Source: an uncultured Nitrososphaerota archaeon (lineage in GTDB: Archaea > Thermoproteota > EX4484-205 > JAAOZP01). From it: a DNA stretch of 64,000 nucleotides. Under the pieces are notes generated by a model. That model was not told where the DNA came from. It saw nothing but the letters and a program-made list of their open reading frames with translations, and did no database searches. This document shows positions 58,716-64,000 of the stretch, piece by piece (within the stretch, counting starts at the first letter, position 1; the number at the start of each line of letters is the position of its first letter). The DNA lies in contig CAYQCW010000007.1 of the NCBI GenBank assembly GCA_964416155.1, positions 32,001 through 96,000 of the forward strand, given 5' to 3'. A program made the translations under genes and the position numbers.

Positions 58716-61313
58716 TTAAGGTACTTCTATTCTTGCCTCGTATACGATGTATGAGAAAGCATAGCTGGTTATGTTGCCTTCCTTAACGCCTTCAGCGAAC
58801 TGCAGGAAGCCTGTTTCAATGCTTTCCACATCCTCAAGCAGTGGAAGGGTTTCAACCAGTGTCCCATTCACCATTATTTCAATGAGAGTACCCCTATAAG
58901 TAAGCCTGTATTCTCCTGGGGAAGTAGGGTAGGTCTTTTCGACCTCACTGTTCACCTTAACTATCAGGGAAGCATTCGCCTTCAAAACTCTTGAAGCATT
59001 GTCTACTTCAGCCATGCCCTCTGTAACGTAAACATTCTTAATGTTAACCACCATGCTAACGCCGGGTATTAGCGGCAAGGAATAGAGCTTCGAAGAGTTT
59101 CTTAGAGCTACGCTCGGGGATGAGCCTAAGACCAGTGATTCCTCCCCGTAGGACGCGTTGTAATTCACCTTGTACACTGATACAAATCCGTAAGTTGGTG
59201 AGAGGAAGACCAGCTCGTAGAACGGGGAGGTGGAGAGCTGGAATTTTTCAACCGGGTAAATCCCCATCATCTTAAGACCCTGCATGTATGCGTTAACCAT
59301 GAGCCTCGTAAGGACCGAGTCTCCCCTAGGCAGAACTACGCCCGTCGGAAGATACTTCACGTTATATCCTGAAACCAAGTTAGTGTTCTGCATTTCTTGA
59401 GTGAGGTTTAAGTCAGCATATCCTCCTTTCCTATAGTCGTTGGAGATCCACGCGTAGCTAGCGTTCACAGGTTTTAAATCATACCCTATGGCAGCCATCC
59501 ATGTCCATTTAGCCTCATCCCCCCATGTTCCAATATACCAGTGAAATGGAAGCGTCGTGAAAACAACGATGTAGGAAACATTGTATTTTTTCAACATGGG
59601 TATTGCAACAGTATCATTGGACATGAATATTCTTCCGACAACCGCCACCTGTGTAGAATTTATCGTCGCGTTATCTATCAGGGTCGGCCTCTTACCCAGG
59701 GAGGTAATCCAGTAGCCATAGTCCCACCATGAAAGGATTACTGACCCTGGAGGAGTATTATACCGTATCCATGTTAACGCCTCAATCCAGTCTGGGAAGG
59801 AGCCTGGATACGGGATTGAAGACGTGGGAAGGGATGCGCCGCCCTCCTGCTGCATGTGGGCAATACCCGTGTTAATACCATGGTAACCCATGTAAAGTAT
59901 TAAGACGGATGTAAATATCACTCCAAGAATGCTTCTTCTGCCGGGTGTAGCGACTCTCCTGCCCATCCTAATCCTTTCGGAAACCGCAGGGTAGGATAGG
60001 CTTATGAGCGACGAGCAGCCTATTGCAGCTATGAGCGAGACAAATGGGGAGAACACTAGGCCGATTCTCACCATCATGTTCGCAAAGTAGAGCGAGCTCA
60101 ACCCTGCCGATATTATGAAAAGCCTGCTAAGCCTGTCTCCACGTAAGATGCTTAAAACTGTTCCAATCATAAATAATAGCAGTAGGAGACCGTGGTCTAG
60201 GAAAAGAGAATACCATGTGCTCATCTTGTGTTCAGCCACGGATTCAACTATGGGCTGCTCGAAACGGGCTGAGGGATTTATCACGGCCATGAGCTTGCCT
60301 AGAAGAGAGGAAAATAGTCCGGTGTTGAAGAGCAGTATGGTGACAGATAGACCGATTGCGATGAAGCCTGTTAGAACAGGGAGTGTCAGCGACGACTCCA
60401 CTTTTTTAAGGTGTTTCATTAAGAGTATGATTACAAAGCCTACGATTACCGCAATATAGTATATTGAGTAAATAGCGCTCTCCCCTGGTCTCGGAAACTG
60501 GACTGCAATAAGCATTGAGAGACCCATTGTTATTGTGAACGAGATTAACGTTCTTTCCGTTGAACCAACATCTAGGAAAAGCGCTACGAGTGTTGAAAAC
60601 AATGTAACAAGCCCAATCATGTAAACGTAGGCAGTCCAAGAAATGCAGAGGTAGCCTAGAACCAAGCCCGACATCACGGAGAATATTACTACCTTGGTTA
60701 AAGCCTCTGATTTGACTGATTTAAAATAGAGGTATGTGGAGACCGCTATTAGCGGTATGCCTAGGCTCTCATGCTTGAAAAACCCCATGTGTGTCCTGTC
60801 GATGAAGCTTCCGTTAAAAGCTAGGAATAACATCGCGAGCAGACCAACCCAGTCGTCGCCAGAAATCTCCTTTCCCATGAAGAATATGGTGACGACTGCC
60901 AGCACCGATACGAAAGGCGGGAAGATTATTGCAACATCCATCAGGGATAGTGAAACACCCAGAATGTTAAGGAAAGCGTGGATGGCGACCGCCGCCAGAG
61001 GGAGGCCAATGGGTGTGGATGCTGCAGCAGCCCTGCCGTAAGGATACCAGCTTAAAGGGTCAATCCATTCTAAGAAGGCGGCGACACCTTTCTCCATTAT
61101 GTATTCTGCGCTGCGGTAATGCCAGAATGGGTCGAACTCTCCCAAGTAGAAACCGAGGGGAAGGTTGTGGAACCTTATAGCTATAGACATGAGTATGATT
61201 GTGATAAACATGGATGTTTTAACATAGGATTCAAGGCTAATGCTTGGCCTGAATCTCGAGGCTTTTCCAAAGATGTCTCTGACCCTCATCATTTTTACCC
61301 GTCTACCTTTCAT
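58716..61313 (-). CDS. aglB: Oligosaccharyltransferase AglB (STT3)
   Basis: EFDPFWHYR, SWYPYGR, SVAEH, SWWDYGY, DNAT, DEAK motifs. Confidence 0.96.
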   Translation of the reverse strand: MKGRRVKMMRVRDIFGKASRFRPSISLESYVKTSMFITIILMSIAIRFHNLPLGFYLGEFDPFWHYRSAEYIMEKGVAAFLEWIDPLSWYPYGRAAAASTPIGLPLAAVAIHAFLNILGVSLSLMDVAIIFPPFVSVLAVVTIFFMGKEISGDDWVGLLAMLFLAFNGSFIDRTHMGFFKHESLGIPLIAVSTYLYFKSVKSEALTKVVIFSVMSGLVLGYLCISWTAYVYMIGLVTLFSTLVALFLDVGSTERTLISFTITMGLSMLIAVQFPRPGESAIYSIYYIAVIVGFVIILLMKHLKKVESSLTLPVLTGFIAIGLSVTILLFNTGLFSSLLGKLMAVINPSARFEQPIVESVAEHKMSTWYSLFLDHGLLLLLFMIGTVLSILRGDRLSRLFIISAGLSSLYFANMMVRIGLVFSPFVSLIAAIGCSSLISLSYPAVSERIRMGRRVATPGRRSILGVIFTSVLILYMGYHGINTGIAHMQQEGGASLPTSSIPYPGSFPDWIEALTWIRYNTPPGSVILSWWDYGYWITSLGKRPTLIDNATINSTQVAVVGRIFMSNDTVAIPMLKKYNVSYIVVFTTLPFHWYIGTWGDEAKWTWMAAIGYDLKPVNASYAWISNDYRKGGYADLNLTQEMQNTNLVSGYNVKYLPTGVVLPRGDSVLTRLMVNAYMQGLKMMGIYPVEKFQLSTSPFYELVFLSPTYGFVSVYKVNYNASYGEESLVLGSSPSVALRNSSKLYSLPLIPGVSMVVNIKNVYVTEGMAEVDNASRVLKANASLIVKVNSEVEKTYPTSPGEYRLTYRGTLIEIMVNGTLVETLPLLEDVESIETGFLQFAEGVKEGNITSYAFSYIVYEARIEVP

Positions 61314-61418
61314 TCTTGGCCTAGGAAGGAGATATAAAAATCTATTTTAAACGTGAAAAAATTTAAAAAAGCGAAGCGTCAAAAACAATTTAAACATCGG
61401 TCTACGGGAGAAGAAGCC

Positions 61419-63521
61419 TTGTCTAAGTATCTAATAATAGCTGAAAAGCCGGAGGCAGCAAGAAGGATTTCCGAGGCTTTAGACTCCGGTTCGAAGCCCC
61501 GTAGAATAGGCAGAGTCGTGCCTTCGTTCCTAGTTAGAAACGGGGATTCGGAGATACTGGTTACAACAGCCCTAGGCCACCTGTATGAGCTGATGACTAG
61601 AAGCCGGAATAGGCTGGCTTACCCTGTCTTCGACTACGAGTGGGTTCCGAAGCATCTAGTCGAGAAGAACAGGAAGCTTGAGAAATGGCTTGAGGAGATG
61701 AGCAGCATGAGTGACGGTGTGGACTACTATGTTAATGCGTGCGACTACGATATTGAAGGGAGTCTAATAGGATATAATATTCTAAGGTTCCTCTACAAGG
61801 TGTCTGAGGAGGGGAATAGGGTTTTCAGGATGAAGCTTTCAACATTGACGAAGAAGGAGATTCAGGAGGCTTTTCGAAAAATGAAGCCTGGTTTAGACAT
61901 GGGGCTTGCGAAAGCAGGCGAGACCCGCCACATAGTTGACTTTCTCTATGGGATAAATCTATCCAGGGCTTTAACAAGGTCTGTGACGCGTTTTGTAAGA
62001 ACACCCTATGTTCTCAGCGTTGGCAGAGTTCAAACGCCGACTTTAAACCTGCTTGTTGAGAGAGAGATCGCCATAGAAACCTTCATCCCAACTCCCTACT
62101 GGGTTTTAAAAGCAGAGGTCATAATCAACGGTAAGACCTATGAGGCTACGTGCGAGCGGGACAGGGTGAACAGTCTTTCTGAAGCGAGGAGAATCGTTGA
62201 GCACGCGGATTCTGAGCAAGCCTTGGTTGAGAAGGTTGAGAGGAAGACTGAGAAGGTAAGTGTCCCTGAGCCGTTTGACTTGACAAATCTCCAAAGAGAG
62301 GCTTACAGCTTTTTCGGCTTCACTCCTTCAAGAACGCTCAGCATAGCTGAAACGCTTTACCTGAATGCTTTAATCTCATACCCTAGAACATCCTCGCAGA
62401 AACTGCCTCCGGACATAGGTTACAGGGAAATACTTGAAAAGCTTTCGGAGAACCCTGCTTACTCTAAAACTGTTGGAAAAATACTTTCTAAGCAGGTTTT
62501 AACGCCTAGGCAGGGTGAGAAGGATGATCCGGCGCATCCCGCCATCTACCCCACGGGGGAGCAGAAACCGGGGTTGAGCACCGACCAGCTTAAGATACTT
62601 GACTTAGTGACTAGGCGATTCCTAGCGGCTTTCGACGAGGATGCGGAGAAGGCTGTTTGCAGAGTCTCTTTGAAACTTGGTAGTGAAAGATTCATCCTTA
62701 GGGGCAGCGAGATCGTTAAGAAAGGATGGTTGGAAGTATACTCGCCCTATTATACTCCTGAGGAGAGGATAATACCTCCGTTTAAAGAGGGGGAATGCTT
62801 GACTGTTCGAAGGATTATTTCTGAGGAAAGATTTACCAATCCTCCACACCGCTATAATCCAGCGTCCCTCGTGAGGGAGATGGAGAGGCTGGGAATAGGA
62901 ACCAAGGCGACTCGAGCGGAGATAGTGGAAACGCTCTATAAGAGGGGCTATATAGCGGGCAGGTCCATAGTTGTAGCCGACTTAGGGTTTAGCCTAGTCT
63001 CTGCTTTAAACAGGTTTTCACCAAAGATTCTTTCAGTCGACATGACTAGAGAGGTTGAGGTCAATATGGAGAAGATAGAGAGGGGGCTTGTTGAAGAGGA
63101 GAAGGTTATAAGCGTGGCGAAGGCCGAGTTGACTGAAATACTCAGAGAAGTGGAGGCCAACGAGGAGTATATTGGGAAACATCTTTCAGGCTCAATAATA
63201 TCAATACTGAGAGGAAAGAACACTATTGGAAAATGCCCCTTATGTAAAGAAGGAGAGCTTAGGATGATAGTTTCAAAGAAGACTGGTAAAAGATTTGGAA
63301 TATGTACAAACGTTTTTGAGAAGAAATGCAGCCTCACAGTACCTTTGCCGCAGAATCCTAACAGGGTTTACGCTACTAAGAGAGGTTGCAAGACCTGCGG
63401 ATGGCCTGTAGTAAGGGTTGTTACCCAGGGGAGACCTTGGCTCCTATGCGTCAACCCTTCCTGCTCGAGTAAGAAAGATCGCCTAGGAAAAACTGGAGCA
63501 GACCGCGGTTTGAAAGCATGA
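61419..63521 (+). CDS. topA: DNA topoisomerase IA
   Basis: IIAEKP, GHL, ACDYDIEG, SVGRVQTPTL, ISYPRT, GIGTKATR, C-terminal Zn ribbons; start set at TTG 61419. Confidence 0.96.
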   Translation: MSKYLIIAEKPEAARRISEALDSGSKPRRIGRVVPSFLVRNGDSEILVTTALGHLYELMTRSRNRLAYPVFDYEWVPKHLVEKNRKLEKWLEEMSSMSDGVDYYVNACDYDIEGSLIGYNILRFLYKVSEEGNRVFRMKLSTLTKKEIQEAFRKMKPGLDMGLAKAGETRHIVDFLYGINLSRALTRSVTRFVRTPYVLSVGRVQTPTLNLLVEREIAIETFIPTPYWVLKAEVIINGKTYEATCERDRVNSLSEARRIVEHADSEQALVEKVERKTEKVSVPEPFDLTNLQREAYSFFGFTPSRTLSIAETLYLNALISYPRTSSQKLPPDIGYREILEKLSENPAYSKTVGKILSKQVLTPRQGEKDDPAHPAIYPTGEQKPGLSTDQLKILDLVTRRFLAAFDEDAEKAVCRVSLKLGSERFILRGSEIVKKGWLEVYSPYYTPEERIIPPFKEGECLTVRRIISEERFTNPPHRYNPASLVREMERLGIGTKATRAEIVETLYKRGYIAGRSIVVADLGFSLVSALNRFSPKILSVDMTREVEVNMEKIERGLVEEEKVISVAKAELTEILREVEANEEYIGKHLSGSIISILRGKNTIGKCPLCKEGELRMIVSKKTGKRFGICTNVFEKKCSLTVPLPQNPNRVYATKRGCKTCGWPVVRVVTQGRPWLLCVNPSCSSKKDRLGKTGADRGLKA

Positions 63522-63738
63522 CGCGCACAACCTCCTTAACCCATTTACCCGTATAATCATTGTTCTCCAGCCTTCTGAGAAACTCCTCTGGCGTTAAATC
63601 ACCATAGGCGTTCCTCCAGTTTTCATAGTTCTCAACGATATTTCTATACGCTTCCAAGTGAAGCCTGCAGAAAGACACTTTAGACCCTGTTTCAACGTCT
63701 CTCTCACAAACTATGCATTTCTCAGAACTGGTTCTCAT
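63451..63738 (-). CDS. Hypothetical protein with CxxC...CxxH motif
   Basis: CIVC...FCRLH, W..AYG, TGKWV; 3' overlap with topA. Confidence 0.7.
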   Translation of the reverse strand: MRTSSEKCIVCERDVETGSKVSFCRLHLEAYRNIVENYENWRNAYGDLTPEEFLRRLENNDYTGKWVKEVVRVMLSNRGLLQFFLGDLSYSSRKG

Positions 63739-63831
63739 CAGGGCTCCCCCCTCCCCCCAGCTGTTTAAAAATCTTTTAAAAGATTAAAAGGAAATGCTTA
63801 AATCACTATTTCACGCCAAGAACCCAGGCAT

Positions 63832-64000
63832 ATGAACCCATTACTGCTGCCGGAATACTTGATGGAGAAAATAAAGAAGTGGAGCGAGAAGGCTGGTGTA
63901 GCCCGTAGAGAAGAATTTGTAAACATGCTCATCCTGATAGGTTTAATCGTCGCCATAGGAGTGTTCCTGTCGGGAGCAACCTATGTGATCACTTACTTTC
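63832..64000 (+). CDS. Membrane/secreted protein, partial
   Basis: Open frame MNPLLLPEYLMEKIKKWSEKAGVARREEFVNMLILIGLIVAIGVFL... to the window edge. Confidence 0.5.
   Translation, partial: MNPLLLPEYLMEKIKKWSEKAGVARREEFVNMLILIGLIVAIGVFLSGATYVITYF

Noticed and set aside
461-63337. Numerous antisense and alternate-frame ORFs in the track (e.g. 1145-1597, 2356-2871, 11373-11870, 56936-57478)
   Set aside because: They are shadows of well-supported genes and carry no family motifs.
1-64000. CRISPR array, rRNA, integrase, transposase or intein
   Set aside because: No regularly spaced repeats, rRNA-like stretch or recognisable catalytic/splicing motifs were found by eye.
63832-64000. Type IV pilin class III signal peptide (KAG-VARRE)
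   Set aside because: Charged residues follow the putative cleavage site and the gene is cut by the window edge.

Overview
Archaeal chromosomal window with TACK/Thermoproteota-like gene content (egsA, FttA, TiaS, Top6A, AglB, TFE, TFS, PriS/L, GINS); Brockarchaeota/Bathyarchaeia affinity is a guess. It holds mostly housekeeping operons, an N-glycosylation cluster with a ribophorin-I-like protein, the SRP RNA and nine tRNA genes. All nine tRNAs are interrupted: 13 bulge-helix-bulge (BHB) introns, 9 at non-canonical sites, including a three-intron tRNA-Gln with a 10/11 intron. One tRNA-Lys intron contains a consensus BRE-TATA. Decayed accessory patches sit beside tRNAs and the SRP RNA: TGT and LAGLIDADG relics, CAZyme pseudogenes, and two homologous relics of a secreted PD-(D/E)xK toxin-like gene with a convergent partner. 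There is also an apparently intact Cys-rich archaeocin-like precursor, membrane protein and secreted Q/E-peptidase-like locus, mostly enclosed by a perfect 58-bp inverted repeat. No CRISPR array, rRNA, integrase or transposase was recognised. All calls come from manual motif reading; no searches were run.
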